In this document: positions 9,030-21,573 of the stretch, piece by piece
Layout: every line of letters starts with the position of its first letter
Numbering within the stretch: position 1 is the stretch's first letter
Assembly: GCA_019828565.1 (NCBI GenBank)
Contig: JAHDYR010000062.1
Span: forward strand, 1,312,421 to 1,376,420
Direction: 5' to 3'
DNA: 64,000 nt
Source: Carpediemonas membranifera BICM
Taxonomy: Eukaryota > Protista > Fornicata
Translations under genes and position numbers: made by a program
Notes under the pieces: model-generated
Databases searched by the model: none
Told to the model about the DNA's origin: nothing
Seen by the model: the letters and a program-made list of their open reading frames with translations, nothing else

Positions 9030-12000
9030 TTAATTCCGGGCGCGCTCGGCCTCCCTGCGGGCCTCCTCGAGGAAGCGGTTGTTCCCGGTCTTCTTGAGCC
9101 TGATACTGGCGAAGTCGACCGTCTCGCGCATCGCGTCGTTCATCAGCTTCGAGTTCTTCTCCTTCGCCATCGACTCCCTGGTCAGAGGCTTCCACACACG
9201 GGCGTGGCGCTTGGCCTGGGTCTCCCGGATCTCGACGGACAGCTCCTTCGTCTTCTCCTTCAGCTGCTCCGTCATGTTCGCCTGGAGGGCGTCCCGCTCA
9301 GCGATCGCCTCGTCCATGCGCCGCTGCATGATGCGCACCTTCTCAGCGGCCTCGGTGACCGCTGCGGTCTTGACACGCAGCTCCTCCTCGGCCCGCTCGA
9401 GCTTCGATGTCGCGTGTTCGGCGGTCTCGGCGAACGTCGCAGCCTGGGCCTTGGCGTCCTTCACCTCCTTGCGGGCCTCCGATGCCTCCTTCTGCGACGC
9501 CTTGAGCTCCTCCTTGAGGGTCTTCTCGGCCTCCTTGAACTCCGCGGTCAGCTCGGTCTTGAGAGTTTTCAGCTCTGCTCCCTTGGCGCTGTTGGCCTCG
9601 CGCTGCGCCTCCTTCAGCGCCTTGAGCTCCTCCTTCATCTCCTTGAGCTTCTCCCGGGTCCGCTCGAGGTCGGCCTCGATCTTTGCGATCGTCCCCGTCT
9701 GCTTCTTGATGACCTCGTCCTTCGTCTCGATGCGGACAGTGAGTGCGGCGACCTCCTCGCTGCTCTCCCCGTCCCCGCCCGCGGTGTCGCCCTCGCCATG
9801 CTTGACCACAGGTGCCCGGCGGCCCGCACGGAGCTCGCTGAGGAGCGCCGTCTGCTTCTCCAGCCGGCCCTGCAGCTGTGCGACGGTGTTGGCGAGCTGC
9901 TCGGCCCGCTCCCGCTGCATCAGCTCGCCCTGCAGGTACTTCTCCCGCTCGGCGGCCAGGTCTGCGTTCTCCTGCTCGAGGCGGCGCTTGAGGGCCGCGA
10001 GCTTGTCCTGCTCGCTTGTCAGCAGGGCGTTGGTGTCCTGCAGCATCTCGTGCTCGGCCTGGAGCTCCTGGTATTTCGCCTGGACGTCCTCGGCCGCGGC
10101 TACCTGGCTCTTGAGCTCGCGGATCGTGTCGTGCTGCGCGGCCATCGCCACCTGTGTCTCATCTCGCTCCTCGGCGATGCGCTGGTCGCGCTCCTTCGTG
10201 AGCTGCACGATGTCGGCCTGCAGCCCGGCCTTGTCCTTCTCCAGCGTCCCCACGAGCGCCTCCAGAGCACTGAGCGCCGTGACGAGGTCCGCGATCTCCT
10301 CGTTGTTCGCGGAGATCGTCTCCTGGGCCCCACCGAGCTCCTTGCGGGCCTCGTTGACGGCCTTCTCGCGCTCGTCGAGGTAGGCTTTGTTCGCGGCGAG
10401 CTCCTGCTCGGCAAACTTGACCTTGGACTCGAGCGCGGCGACGGCGTCGGCGTGCTGCTGCCGGAGCTCCTCAAGCTCCTCCTCGGAGGCGCCGGCGGAA
10501 GCCTCCTTGGCCTCCTCCAGCTCCTCTTCGAGCGCGGCCTTGGCCTCCTCGAGCTCGGCGACCTGCTCCTGCATGTCGTTGAGCTCCTCCTCCATCGCCT
10601 CCAGCTCCTCCTTCAGCTCCTCCTCCTTGGCCGCCTCGAGCTCCTCCAGCTCAGCCTCCTTCTCGGTGATCGTCTCCTTGAGCTCCTCGAGCTTCTCCTC
10701 CGTCTCCTCGGCCTCAGTGAGCTTGGCCTCGAGCTCCTCCTCGAGCGCGGCGATCTCCTCGTTCTTGCTCTCCTCTAGGCGGGCGTACTGCTCCTTGGCG
10801 AGTGCCAGGTCGCTCTGGAGGCCCTCGAGCTGCCGGTCCTTCTCGTCCAGGTCCGCCTGGGCGCGGGCCTCGGCCTCCTCGAGAGCTGCCTCGAACTCGA
10901 CCTCCTTGCGGCGCATCTCCTCGGCGTCGGCGCTGTTGGCAGCTTCCTTAAGGGCGGTCTGCAGCTCGTCGATCTCGGCCTGCATCTCCTTCTCTCGGCA
11001 CGACAGCTCCTCCTCGGCGATCTTGACCTTAGCTTGCAAGTCAGCCACCCGCGCGTTGAGCTCGGCCGTCCCGACGCTACCCGACTCGTAAATCTGCGCC
11101 TGGGTGCGGTACGCGGCCCCTGCCCCCGTCTCCTCGGCCTCCTCGTCCTCGTTCGCCGGCGCGGTCCCCTCCGCCGGGTCGACCGGCATGCCGGACGCGG
11201 CTGCGGCGTCGGCCTCGATCTTGGCCTCGTCGACCTCTTCTCCCTTGGCAGCGGCCGCGGCCCGGGCCTCCTCCTTGGCCCGCTCGACCTCGCCCTGCAC
11301 GGCCTCCTTCTCGTCGTCGTTGAGGCTGACGTCCATGCGTCGGCCCAGCGTGGCGGGGGGTGCGGCGTCCTCGCCCGTCTCGGCCTTGTTCTTGTAGAAC
11401 TCGACCTCGGTCTCGAGGTCCTTGGCGTAGAGCTTGAGCTTGGCGATCTGGATGTTGAGCTGCTTGATGATCTTGAGCAGCTCGGCCGCGCTCTTCTGGG
11501 CGTTGCACTTGGCGACGTTCTTGATCGTCTTGGCGCGCTCACCGAACTTTAGCGTGTTGATCGTCTCCTCTCGGTTGAACTTATGGGGCGAGCAGGCGAT
11601 GATGAGCGTCGTCTTGGTGTTCCCGCCGAGGGACTCCTGCAGGATGCGGGTCAGCTTGCTGTCACGGTAGGGGATGTGCTTGGAGCCCACGACGAGGGCC
11701 TTAATGCAGTTGCCCAGGGCCGACAGCGAGCCGTTGATGCGCTTGGCCTCCTCGAACGTCTGGCCCTTCGCACCGGTCTTGGAAACCTTCTCGCTACCCG
11801 CCAGATCGACGAGGTTGAGCTTACCCGCGATGGAAGAACCCTCCTCCGACCTCTGGTCGACCTTGACGATGAACACAGAGTGAGAGCGGGACGACGTCGC
11901 GTTCATCTCGGTGAATGCCACGGACCTGCTCTTCTCGCCCTCCTCGAGCACGTCCATGATGCCCATCTCATCCGCGACATCGGACTCAGTGAGGCCCTCG

Positions 12001-12546
12001 ACGTAGATGCCCTTGTCTGGGGACTCGCGGACGGGCAGGTTGTCGTTCTCGGGGGCAAGCAAGTCTCGGATCTTCTCCATGTAGATCTCAGCGAAGGAGC
12101 ACTTGATGCGGTATTCCGTGTTGCGCTCGTCGGACTCGATGTGCTTGAAGATGTGCCCGGCCGCGCGGGGGATGATACCCTGGGTCTCGATGTTCTTGAT
12201 TGCACCGAACATGGACCAGGACTTGCCTGTGTGAGCGCTGTGGGGGTTACGGACCTGCTCCGGTCTGGCCGTAGGCGAAGACGGTGGAGTTATAGCCCTT
12301 GAGGATGTTCTCGACGGCGGGACGACCAATTTGGTCGTATACATCGGTCTGCTTGCAGTCAGGCTGGAAAACATAGTCGAAGTTGAAGGGCTTCGGTCCC
12401 ATGATCTCATCCTGGACGGTAACGGTCTTGTTAGAGGGGAACGTAACGACGTTGATGTCCTTGATGTTCCCTTCCTCACTTTCCTTCATTTCACGCTTGT
12501 TGATTGGTCGGAAGCGACATATAACTCTAATATTCTCGCCAGCCAT
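9030..12546 (-). CDS. Kinesin-1-like heavy chain (N-terminal motor plus long coiled coil), 2 exons
   Basis: NIRVICRFRP; P-loop AYGQTGAGKS is restored by removing a 28-nt GT-AG intron (12254->12227); NATSSRSH, LVDLAGSE, HIPYRDSKLTRILQESLGGN. Confidence 0.93.
12227..12254 (-). other. 28-nt spliceosomal intron in the kinesin P-loop
   Basis: GTCCGT...GCTCACACAG; removal joins the two ORFs into GQTGAGKS. Confidence 0.9.
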
Positions 12547-12818
12547 AGAGGAATGACGGCGGTATGGGTGATGATGACTAAACTGCACATCGCGTGAGTC
12601 GGCCAATCCCGGGACACTGCGAGCCTATCGCGGAGACGGCGGCCAATTCGTTTACATCGCCGGCTTTAAATGCTGACTTCCGACGCGATCTAAACTGATA
12701 CGGTAAGGTAAGGTAACACGACCGACACGACAATAGTCTTCCACGGTCAATGACACGTCCACACGCCAACGACACTCTATTCCGGCACCTAAACCACATA
12801 TTTACAGCACCATCCGTC

Positions 12819-13676
12819 CTAACTGAAGATGCCGGCCAGCCCGCGCCGGACCATGTCCCTACGGGCAAGTTCCGCCCCAATCATCTTGGCCGACGCCGCT
12901 TTCTTGCCGGGGTCCAGCAGCTGTGCCACTGCCCTGTCGACTCTGCCGTCAGACCCGGGCGCGGTCAGCGTCTGCACCCAGTCGAACCGCAGCGCCTGGT
13001 CGATGATGGCGGAGTCGTCGCCCTCCGCCATGATGCGCACGGGCAGCTCGTAGTATCTGTCCGCGTGACGGCCGTAGTCCTTTGTCTTGTCGCCGCCGCT
13101 AACGCCCACAGAGGACCCGGCCCCCTCGGCCGGTACAAAGTCGTCGGGGAAGGTCCTAAACGCTCCGATCTCGACTGATCCGCTGAGTGTCCTGATGGGG
13201 TCGACTACTATGGCCACGAACGGGTCCTCGTGGCGCTGATGAAGGGCCTGGGTCGTCACATCGATGCCGGAGAGCCAGCAGCCGTAGTCGGGGTGGGAGT
13301 GGTACCAGCCAAGGGTCACGTCTGTCCGCCCAATGTCCTCGTTGCTCTGGATCACGTCGATCATGAAGGCGAAGGCCTGCTCGTGAGCATTGACACGCGT
13401 CTCGGTGCCTTCAACGGGGAGAGCAAAGCAGTCAACGATGATGAATTTGTGCTCTGCAATGTATCCCTGCAGCATTCCCATCACTTCTAGATCTCCGCCC
13501 TCGCTGGTATGAATAGCCATCTTCAGCAGCGCTGTTGGGTATATCTCCACGGATTTGAAGTAATATGGATCATTTCTATACGGTTTGAGCTGTTTTAAAC
13601 GTTGGTGCTCTGCTCTGAGCGCCACGGGACCTGCATGTTCATGCCCCATGATGAATGGAATTGCCTTAAGCTGCAC
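12819..13676 (-). CDS. CSN5: COP9 signalosome subunit 5 (JAMM metalloprotease); likely ATG at ~13649
   Basis: DPYYFKSV, ALLKMAIH, EVMGML, ALPVEGTETRVNAH, GWYHSHPDYGCWLSGID, VVDPIRT. Confidence 0.93.
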   Translation of the reverse strand: MQLKAIPFIMGHEHAGPVALRAEHQRLKQLKPYRNDPYYFKSVEIYPTALLKMAIHTSEGGDLEVMGMLQGYIAEHKFIIVDCFALPVEGTETRVNAHEQAFAFMIDVIQSNEDIGRTDVTLGWYHSHPDYGCWLSGIDVTTQALHQRHEDPFVAIVVDPIRTLSGSVEIGAFRTFPDDFVPAEGAGSSVGVSGGDKTKDYGRHADRYYELPVRIMAEGDDSAIIDQALRFDWVQTLTAPGSDGRVDRAVAQLLDPGKKAASAKMIGAELARRDMVRRGLAGIFS

Positions 13677-13932
13677 ATGTCACTCTATCAGGTCCGCAGC
13701 AGTAGCAGTACCAGTGGACACACATTTGACACTTTGGACGCTGAACTGCAAACATCTGGGATGGTTCTTCTTCTCCCAGTGCTTTATCGAGCCAGGACCT
13801 CAGTTCAACTCCAAATTTCAGGTGACTACACCATCAAGGATAGTTACACAACCAACAACCGTTATGTTCAGCTCAATGACCTCAAATTGGCCACTTCTTT
13901 TTTTCACGCAAAAACGAGCCTTTTGCCGTTCA

Positions 13933-14301
13933 ATGGTATAGTAACGCCATGCACGCCTTATACAGGATCAGAAGAAGGGTACTATCGAAGGAGCCGAGAT
14001 GAAGCGCATCCGCGTTACTCTCACCTCCCGCAACGTGAAGCACCTCGAGAAGGTCTGCACTGATCTTGTTGCCGGCGCTAAGCGCAAGGACATCAAGGTC
14101 CGTGGCCCCGTCCGCATGCCCACCAAGAACCTCTCCATCACCACCCGTAAGACTCCTTGCGGCCAGGGTTCCAAGACCTGGGAGCACTATGAGATGCACA
14201 TCTCGAAGCGCGTCGTTGACTTCCACTGCCCCTCCGATATGGTGCGCCAGGTCACCAAGATCACCATCGAGCCCGATGTTGATGTTGAGGTTCAGCTTTA
14301 A
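13933..14301 (+). CDS. RPS20: 40S ribosomal protein S20 (uS10), with a 30-nt intron directly after the ATG
   Basis: [34 protein letters not shown] 13933-35, intron 13936-13965 (GT...TACAG, contains an in-frame TAG), then in-frame [12 protein letters not shown]. Confidence 0.93.
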
Positions 14302-14658
14302 ATCCTTGATCGCCTTGATCTCCGTCTTCACTTGTCTTTGTCTTCTTCGTCCTCTTGGACCGGCCAGGTTTGGTTGTCATGTCTACATACTTGGTCGGGT
14401 ACACGAGCGGCTTCCGACCCTTCGGTGGCCAGTAATCACTTAACTTCCCTTTGAAACGGGCCGTCGACGCCGACGTCGCTTTTGATTGTTTCGCCGATCA
14501 CCCATTGGCGTTTGAGTTTGAGCGCTGACGCTGCCAGCGTTGTGTGTCTCTCGTTTTAGCGCCTCCAATGCGTTACGGGTGCTCTGAACCGGTTGGCCAC
14601 CAGGTGCATCTTATGCGCCAAACTTCATCTTGCAGACCGATCGCCTTCTCCTGGGACG

Positions 14659-15684
14659 ATGGCCAAGCGAACACCAAAGAAAGGACCTGATCCGATCCTT
14701 GTTAAGCATATTTTCGCGTCAAAAGAGGCCCAGCCAAACGTGAACAAGGTCGCAGCAACGATTCTCACTGGTTCTCGGAAAGTAGCGACAGAAGCCCACG
14801 AGCGGAGACATATCCCGAATATTCAAGGCGTTTTTGAGCCGCACAGCTTGTCTTTAGCTCTCGTAGCCGAAGGAGGGCCGAACGACGACCGCGTAACCGA
14901 GGTCATTCGCCAAAAGATCATCTCGGACCGCGCGTTCATGCAACTGCGCGCAGCAGAAGACGAGGAGAAGCGTAGGCAGCGTCATGTAGTCTGCCCGTCC
15001 CCCATCCCCGTCGAGGCGAGTGAGAAGCAGTGGGGTGAGTTCTGCTCCAACATCTCCTTCCGGGAGATCATCCAGGAGCAGCACGTGCTCAACAACGACA
15101 CCGGCCCAATAGCCTTCAACGCCACACGCAAGCCCCGCATCGGCCCCGAGTACCAGGCGGCCATCCCCCCGCTCATGGTCGACCTGCCTTGGAGCGCCAG
15201 ACACTCCAGGGGCGACCTCCTCGCGTGTTCCCCGGAAGACAGCCAGTACGACAAGTCCTGGACGCTGTTCGACTGCGGCCGCCGTGTGGCGGACCCGGTT
15301 CGTACGGCTAAGGTGCGTCATGCCGTGGGGCAGTTCAACCAGTCCGAGCAGGCGGCGTTCCTCAAGCGATGGGGCATGCGGCCGAAGAACTTCGACTATA
15401 TAGCGAGCAAGCTTGGCAGAACCCGCGAGCAATGCATCCAGTTCTACTACGGCGTCAAGCACAGCGACTATGGGAAGAAGCTGCGCGCTGCCGAATCTGA
15501 CCACTATAAGCAGATGTTCAAGAAGCGCGCAGGCATGCAGCAGACGCTCATCATGCAGTCTCTGGCCGGGATGAACCCGAATAAGATGCCGCGAGAGTTG
15601 GCGAGCCTCATGGGCAGCGGGACGTCGTTCGACGCCTTCATGGAGGCTAGCAAGCGCAGAGCATCGGCGCCGAGGACCAAATGA
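14659..15684 (+). CDS. ELM2-SANT/Myb domain chromatin co-repressor-like protein
   Basis: PRIGPEYQAAIPP (ELM2) and FNQSEQAAFLKRWGMRPKNFDYIASKLGRTREQCIQFYY (SANT). Confidence 0.8.
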   Translation: MAKRTPKKGPDPILVKHIFASKEAQPNVNKVAATILTGSRKVATEAHERRHIPNIQGVFEPHSLSLALVAEGGPNDDRVTEVIRQKIISDRAFMQLRAAEDEEKRRQRHVVCPSPIPVEASEKQWGEFCSNISFREIIQEQHVLNNDTGPIAFNATRKPRIGPEYQAAIPPLMVDLPWSARHSRGDLLACSPEDSQYDKSWTLFDCGRRVADPVRTAKVRHAVGQFNQSEQAAFLKRWGMRPKNFDYIASKLGRTREQCIQFYYGVKHSDYGKKLRAAESDHYKQMFKKRAGMQQTLIMQSLAGMNPNKMPRELASLMGSGTSFDAFMEASKRRASAPRTK

Positions 15685-15786
15685 TGTATCATAGTGCCGG
15701 CTGGGTCATTTATGTGCGCGCCGGGCGTTTTATCGTCTGTATAAATGGAGCTGGTGAAGAAGAAGTCGTCCCACAGGCGAGCTGGA

Positions 15787-17183
15787 TGACGATTTTCACC
15801 ACAGGACCTCTTGATCGTCCGAATGAGCTTGAAGCAAAGCTCTCATCACAGCTGGAGCAGTGCATTATGCACGAGCTGCTGCCACAGCACTGCGTCATCG
15901 ACAACGAGACCATCGCGCACCTCCTCACGATTCCCCCGTCCAGCAAACAGTTTTCTGCGGTAATGGACAGTCTTCTGTACCTTATCTACGAGGGCTCTGA
16001 CGCCGCTGCCTCCTCGTCCCAGGCTGCTCTGACGCTCCTCACACTCGACAACTGCGAGGACCTCTGCACCGCCTACCTGGTCGAGTTTGCCACCAAATTC
16101 GACCAGCTGGCCCCCTCTGCGCGTGCGATCACCATCCGTTTTTTCTGCGACCTCGTCCGCGTGCACTCGGCTGCAGCCACCGTGCTGCTCAAGGCGCTAC
16201 TGGCCTTCGTCAGCATCATGACCGAGACCGACCTGGCCCTGTTTAGCGGGGCCCTCTGCCAGCACAGCGCCTTCATCCGGGCCCAGGGCCTCCCCATTGT
16301 GCACGATATCATCGTCGCCTTCGGGATGTATGCTTTCTTGGGCAGGTCCGCAAACTATGCCACGCTTGCGGACCAGATGTGGGACGTCGTCGTCGAATTT
16401 GTCGACACCGCGGTGATACAGCAGGTGGAGTCCGCGCCGGTGCCCGCCGACGTCCTGGCCGTCATCTGCGGCATACCCATGGCACATGCGGCCTGGACTG
16501 AACGCTTTGCGAGGAGTGACAAGCCGATAACGCCCGCGTTCACCCAGATGGTGACGCAGCTTGTGCCCACCCGCATCATCTGCCACCTTAGGTTCATGCT
16601 CTCCGTCCGGGACGACGACAAGGGCCTCCTCCGCTACCACTGTCTCTTCCTCCACAACCTGTGCAAGCGGCTCGCCCCGGACCCACAGGCTCTGACTAGA
16701 CTGCTCGCAGCGTCCATTAGAGCGCTCGTGGTCATGCCGGGCGACCCCCGGACGAGGCAGGCACTCATAGCCAACATGTGTGGGTATCTGTTCCGTCAGA
16801 ACACGGACGCCAAGTTCAGGCTTGTCGTGGCCGGCCTTATCGTGCTCGACCTGACTCTGTTCAACGCAGAGCACCCCCCGCCCAGTGTCATCGTCATCGG
16901 GAACCACTTCGCAGCTTTCAGGATCAGGCCGCTCATTTCCGACGCCATGGAATGCCTTGACTCGGCGCCCGTGTGGACTTATCGCCGGGACACCGCCGGG
17001 TCTGCCCTATCCCGGCTGCTGCACGTCAGCACACGCGTGCGAGAGGTCGTGGTGGCCGTGGGAAGACTCCAGCAGCTGGCGGCCCGTGACCTTGGCACCA
17101 GCACCACGGTCCCACCCACAATCCGGGTGCTGCGGCGGGACTACACGATCCAGCAACTGCTCGAGAACAAGAGGCCAGTTTGA
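15787..17183 (+). CDS. Hypothetical helical-repeat protein (start uncertain)
   Basis: Long ORF with coding-like codon usage, Leu/Ala-rich helical composition; no motif recognised. Confidence 0.6.
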
Positions 17184-17326
17184 GAGGGTTGCGGTGAACC
17201 ATACGCATTCACGTCATAAAGTACTTTCCGGGTTCACGTGTCGAGGGGGGCACGACGGATGGAATCTTTGCCTGTTGTTCAGTGCGCGCAGTCGAACACG
17301 GGGGCCGTCCGACACCGCTGAGATGA

Positions 17327-18406
17327 GTGCACATATTGTTCGCGGGGATGCTGGACTGGCTTGGGTGGCGTATACGGCCGGAGGGAAAAGGTGCCTTAAG
17401 GTGCGTATTTTGGTGCGTTCATGAAAGACGGGTAGAGAACGTCATCGACCCTGCTATCTTTGCAGAAGAGTTCATGGACTTCATCGTGAACAGAAAGGCG
17501 AAACAATATTCGCTTGCCTCAATTCTTGGCGACGAAATCATCTCGTTTATCGAGAACGGCATAGTTTCAACAGAGGTGACGCCACCGCCAAAGAAATCGG
17601 CGTCCGTAACATATCATACCACCTCGTTTGCGCCCAAACGTGAGCACCATCCTTCGCCGGCCCGCCACCTCACCCGTACCGTTACCCCCTCGCCAGCCCC
17701 AGCCCCGAAGAGCTCGTCGATGCGGTATGTGGTGAGTACCGCCGCCAAGCCACAGACCGCGCACCAGCCAGCAAGGTTCTCTGACGTCACCAAGTTTGTC
17801 GCCAAGGCGCCCCCGGCACGCCGGCAGAGGCCAAAGGATTCGGCGCATATTGTTATCAATAACATTCCCCGTGCTGCCCCGCGTGCCGCCCAGATGCCCG
17901 GGCAGTCGGACCTGAGGCTCGCCCAGGCGCCCACAGCGCGGGTCGAGGGCACACCGCTGAGGCCGATAGTTCTCAGCGTCCGCCATGACGGAATAGTGGA
18001 GAAGGTCACGCCGGTGGTCGCCGCGTCCGACTGGGCGGGAGTCACCCGTGCAGTCGCCCCGACACCCGCAGCGATCCTCCCCCGCCCGGCCCCGGAGACG
18101 GCCACCCCGGTCCAGCCCCCTAAGCCCGAGTCAGCGCCCCCACTGTCTGCCTCCCCGTCGGACACCGGCCCCGAGGCGACGTCGCCCCTTCAGTATGAGT
18201 CCGAGAGCACATTCATCCCCTCGTCCGGGACCTCTATCTCCAGGGGTTTGTTTAGCAGCGGCACCCGGTTCTCCACCTCCTCGGCCTCTGAAGACTCCGC
18301 CCTGTCTGGGCTCGACAGCGGCATGACGAGCGGGGACTCGCTGCTGGGCGATACCGGGCTGTCTCCCGGGGAAGTGAGGCAGACTGTCGGCCGCAGGTGG
18401 AGGTGA
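17327..18406 (+). CDS. Hypothetical Pro/Ser-rich disordered protein (start uncertain)
   Basis: 359-aa ORF; no recognised domain. Confidence 0.5.
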   Translation: MHILFAGMLDWLGWRIRPEGKGALRCVFWCVHERRVENVIDPAIFAEEFMDFIVNRKAKQYSLASILGDEIISFIENGIVSTEVTPPPKKSASVTYHTTSFAPKREHHPSPARHLTRTVTPSPAPAPKSSSMRYVVSTAAKPQTAHQPARFSDVTKFVAKAPPARRQRPKDSAHIVINNIPRAAPRAAQMPGQSDLRLAQAPTARVEGTPLRPIVLSVRHDGIVEKVTPVVAASDWAGVTRAVAPTPAAILPRPAPETATPVQPPKPESAPPLSASPSDTGPEATSPLQYESESTFIPSSGTSISRGLFSSGTRFSTSSASEDSALSGLDSGMTSGDSLLGDTGLSPGEVRQTVGRRWR

Positions 18407-18658
18407 GCCGTGCCATGGACTGTGAGCAAGCTTTAGTTACATTAGATACTATTATTCACCTAAATGCTGTTGGATCTTCCTGCTTGTTGTCCCCCGTGAG
18501 AGTCCAGACCTCGTCGACCTCATTGTTCGCTGTCTCCAGAGCCATACCTGACCCAGAGCAGCGTCTATATACGGCCTTAGCAGTGTGATAGGCCCTGATG
18601 CGCCCTCAGGCAGAGTCGCAACATTTCGCAGTTTTTGCTCGACTATTTCGTGTTCACC

Positions 18659-19123
18659 ATGCCAGTTCTTCATTTCTGCTCCACGTGGTTTGTGCGGGAA
18701 TTCATGTGTAACTTTACTCAGTAACAACATTATGGCGCCAAAAGAGACTGTCACACCGACTGGTGCGAGAGTTCTGGTGTATCGTTGCGACGCGTGCAGT
18801 GTAGAGATGGCGGCTGAGAATGCTGTGGTTTCCCGTCTTGTGGGATCGATTGCAGAGGAGAAGGATGAGAAGTACGCCCCATCGCCAAGACTAACCCAGG
18901 GAAGACATCCTCAGGTTCGACGACCTCCCGTACAACATCCTCGAGGACGTCACCATCCCCGTACAGATCCACAGCTGCGCCAACCCCCAGTGTGACTCCA
19001 TGGAGTGCAAGCTGTTCCAGATGGAGGGCGAGACGGACCAGAACATGAACGTCGTCCGTTGTTGCAAGAGTTTGTCCCTTGGCTCCAAATAACACAGAGT
19101 GCAGACGCATCACCAAGATGTGA
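18659..19123 (+). CDS. RPB9: RNA polymerase II subunit RPB9-family zinc-ribbon protein, 4 exons
   Basis: Removing introns 18688-18721 (34 nt), 18872-18899 (28 nt) and 19070-19097 (28 nt) gives MPVLHFCSTCNNIMAPKE...LVYRCDAC...CANPQC...LFQ...CCKKCRRITKM, i.e. two zinc ribbons. Confidence 0.8.
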
Positions 19124-19465
19124 GTGTTGCGAGGAAGCGAATGCCCAGCCTGTCCCGTTTAAATATCAAGTTTTGCTGCGACTGGTAAGTGTTGGCCATC
19201 AGTGGTTGTCCAGAACGCGAGCCACAACTGACATACGGCCCGCAACCGGCTTGGGATCCCTTTCGCACGGCTTCACAGACCTGCGTTGACGTCGAGCCGT
19301 CGACTGGAGATCGGGTCACGGACAGAATTCGAGAAATTCTCAGCCAACAATGGGCAACGTGATCGGAAACATAGGCATTGGAGCCGGTGCACTGATACCA
19401 TTTCTATATCCCGCCTACAGAACTCTGAAAACGATTGAATCGAAGAATTCGAATGAAATGGCGAA

Positions 19466-19792
19466 ATGCGCTCGCTACTGGGTTTGTTTACGACCAAAAT
19501 GTTCAGCTGCGTTATACAGATGAACTATACCGCAATCAGTGGCGCTCTTGAGGCTTCAAGGCTCTTCATCAACTGGAAGTCAGTCAGTCTCTCATGGATC
19601 CGGGTCGGCACGGCCATCTGGCTGCTCAGGAACAACTTCGAGGCATCCGAGAGCACGTACAACACATACCTGGGCCCTGCTATGAACCGGATGCGGCTGG
19701 ACGACCGGGCCGAGTACTTTTGCGCGACGGGCATGGGGTCTGTCAAGTCGACCGCACGCACGCTGCAGAGTCAGCTCGGCCACGTGCTTTAG
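19466..19792 (+). CDS. Small hypothetical protein, weak resemblance to TB2/DP1 (REEP/Yop1) C-terminal region
   Basis: RVGTAIWLL...TYNTYLGP pattern; weak. Confidence 0.35.
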   Translation: MRSLLGLFTTKMFSCVIQMNYTAISGALEASRLFINWKSVSLSWIRVGTAIWLLRNNFEASESTYNTYLGPAMNRMRLDDRAEYFCATGMGSVKSTARTLQSQLGHVL

Positions 19793-20028
19793 GCAGGATT
19801 GAAGGCAGTGATAGAATGATGAGCATCGTTGTAAAGATTTAGGTTGGTTCTCGACACGACCAGCCTTGCCACAAGTAAGCACGGGTGCATGTTGCTACCA
19901 CGCTACCATGTGCTATCGTGCCCATGCCCGGCCGTGCTTACCGGAGTTGCCGGAGTTTAGCATGGCGGGTTTTGCACGACGAGATGGCCAGAGGTTCAAG
20001 AGGTCAGGCCGGTCACCGCGGCAAGAGA

Positions 20029-21387
20029 ATGGGCGAGGAGTCCAAAGGCATCACAGATGTCTATATGGACACTGCAAAGATCCTGTATAAGTTCGCCAAT
20101 CATCAAGGCGGCCTTAAGGCGCTCGCTCTGTCCGACGAGGCCGTGCAGAGCAACAAGACGGCCACATACTCACTAGCATTCAACACACTTCTCCGTTACA
20201 AGTCGCTCATGGCTGTAGCCCCCGCTGTTCCGATGCTCCCCGACACCCAGTCCGAGTTCTTCTTCCTCCATCTCGTCCTGTTGTACGAGGGCCTCTGCGG
20301 CAAGGGTATCAACAACCAGGAGCGCCGTAGACGCAAGCTGAACTCCACGACCCGGGCTGCGTACAAGTCCGTGCTCATGGTTGTGGACGACATCAAGGCG
20401 GACTTCCCCACCAAGCCCACGGAGGATGAGGCCGCATTCCAGCGCGCCATAGACCGCGCCCATCACTTCCCCCGCAGCCTGAGAGTCAACCCGACCGTGC
20501 TGACCCGCAACCAGGCGCTGGGTCTGTATGCCAACGCCAAGCCCGACCCAGTCCTGCCCGACGTGCTCCTTGCACCCAAGGACACACCAATCAGGGACGA
20601 CAAGAACGTCGCATCAGGCGCAGTGACAGTCCAGAGCCGGGCCAGCTGTCTGCCTGTCTCTGCGCTGTTCGACGTCGTCGATCGGGACAAGGAGAGATAT
20701 GTCGGGTCCGTGCTCGATTTCTGTGCTGCACCAGGCAACAAAACCACCCATGCTGCGGTCCGTCTAGCGCAGGCTGTGCTCGGGAAGGGTCTGCGGGCCA
20801 AGGGCGGCAACAAGTCCGTCAGGAAGGTCTACTCGGTGACACTCAATGAAATAGACCCCCGTCGGGCCGAACTCGCTGAGAAGCTCACGGCACCCGTCAC
20901 CGCGACACTTCCTGCCGCTGTCCGTGTCGTCGCTCGCGTTGGGTCATGCCTAGATCTGACATGCGCCCCCGTCGAGGGCTGCGAACCACCCACCCTATGC
21001 GTCGTCGACCCCTCCTGCTCGAGCTCAGGGGTCGTCGGGAACCCCGACAAACGGTTCGGCGCCATGTTCGGCGAGACCACGGACCTGGCGGGGCTGGCCG
21101 AGTTCCAACACTCGTGCCTGACCCACGCCATGGGCCTCGAGACGGTGCAGGCCATCGCATACAGCACGTGCAGCGTCCACGACGAGGAGAACGAGGAGGT
21201 CGTCCGGAGGGCTCTCCAGACGGTGCCCGGGTGGAAGCCGGCCTACCCGCTCTCGGCGTGGGAGCGTCGGGGTCACGGAGACGACGAGGTCGCCCGGTGC
21301 AGCATTAAGACAGACCCTGAGCAAGACCAGACCGACGGGTTCTATGTGTGTGTGCTCGTTCGGGATGTTCCCGAGGATGAGGATTAA
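20029..21387 (+). CDS. NSUN5: rRNA m5C methyltransferase NSUN5/Rcm1 family
   Basis: QSRASCLPV, DFCAAPGNKTTH, VDPSCSSSG, YSTCSVHDEENEEVV, TDGFYV. Confidence 0.88.
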   Translation: MGEESKGITDVYMDTAKILYKFANHQGGLKALALSDEAVQSNKTATYSLAFNTLLRYKSLMAVAPAVPMLPDTQSEFFFLHLVLLYEGLCGKGINNQERRRRKLNSTTRAAYKSVLMVVDDIKADFPTKPTEDEAAFQRAIDRAHHFPRSLRVNPTVLTRNQALGLYANAKPDPVLPDVLLAPKDTPIRDDKNVASGAVTVQSRASCLPVSALFDVVDRDKERYVGSVLDFCAAPGNKTTHAAVRLAQAVLGKGLRAKGGNKSVRKVYSVTLNEIDPRRAELAEKLTAPVTATLPAAVRVVARVGSCLDLTCAPVEGCEPPTLCVVDPSCSSSGVVGNPDKRFGAMFGETTDLAGLAEFQHSCLTHAMGLETVQAIAYSTCSVHDEENEEVVRRALQTVPGWKPAYPLSAWERRGHGDDEVARCSIKTDPEQDQTDGFYVCVLVRDVPEDED

Positions 21388-21573
21388 ATTTGCGGAACAT
21401 TTTCCAGTTTGACATCATTCACAAGCCACAATCTCGAAAAAGGAATAGCAGGCTGCGCGAGCTCAACTCGTGCCTATGCACGTCATGATGCGTACGCGGC
21501 TGTGCACTCTAGATCATGACTGGCTCGACTCGGGATTCGCAGCTAAAACAAGCGACAGAGCTTTTCTCTCGAT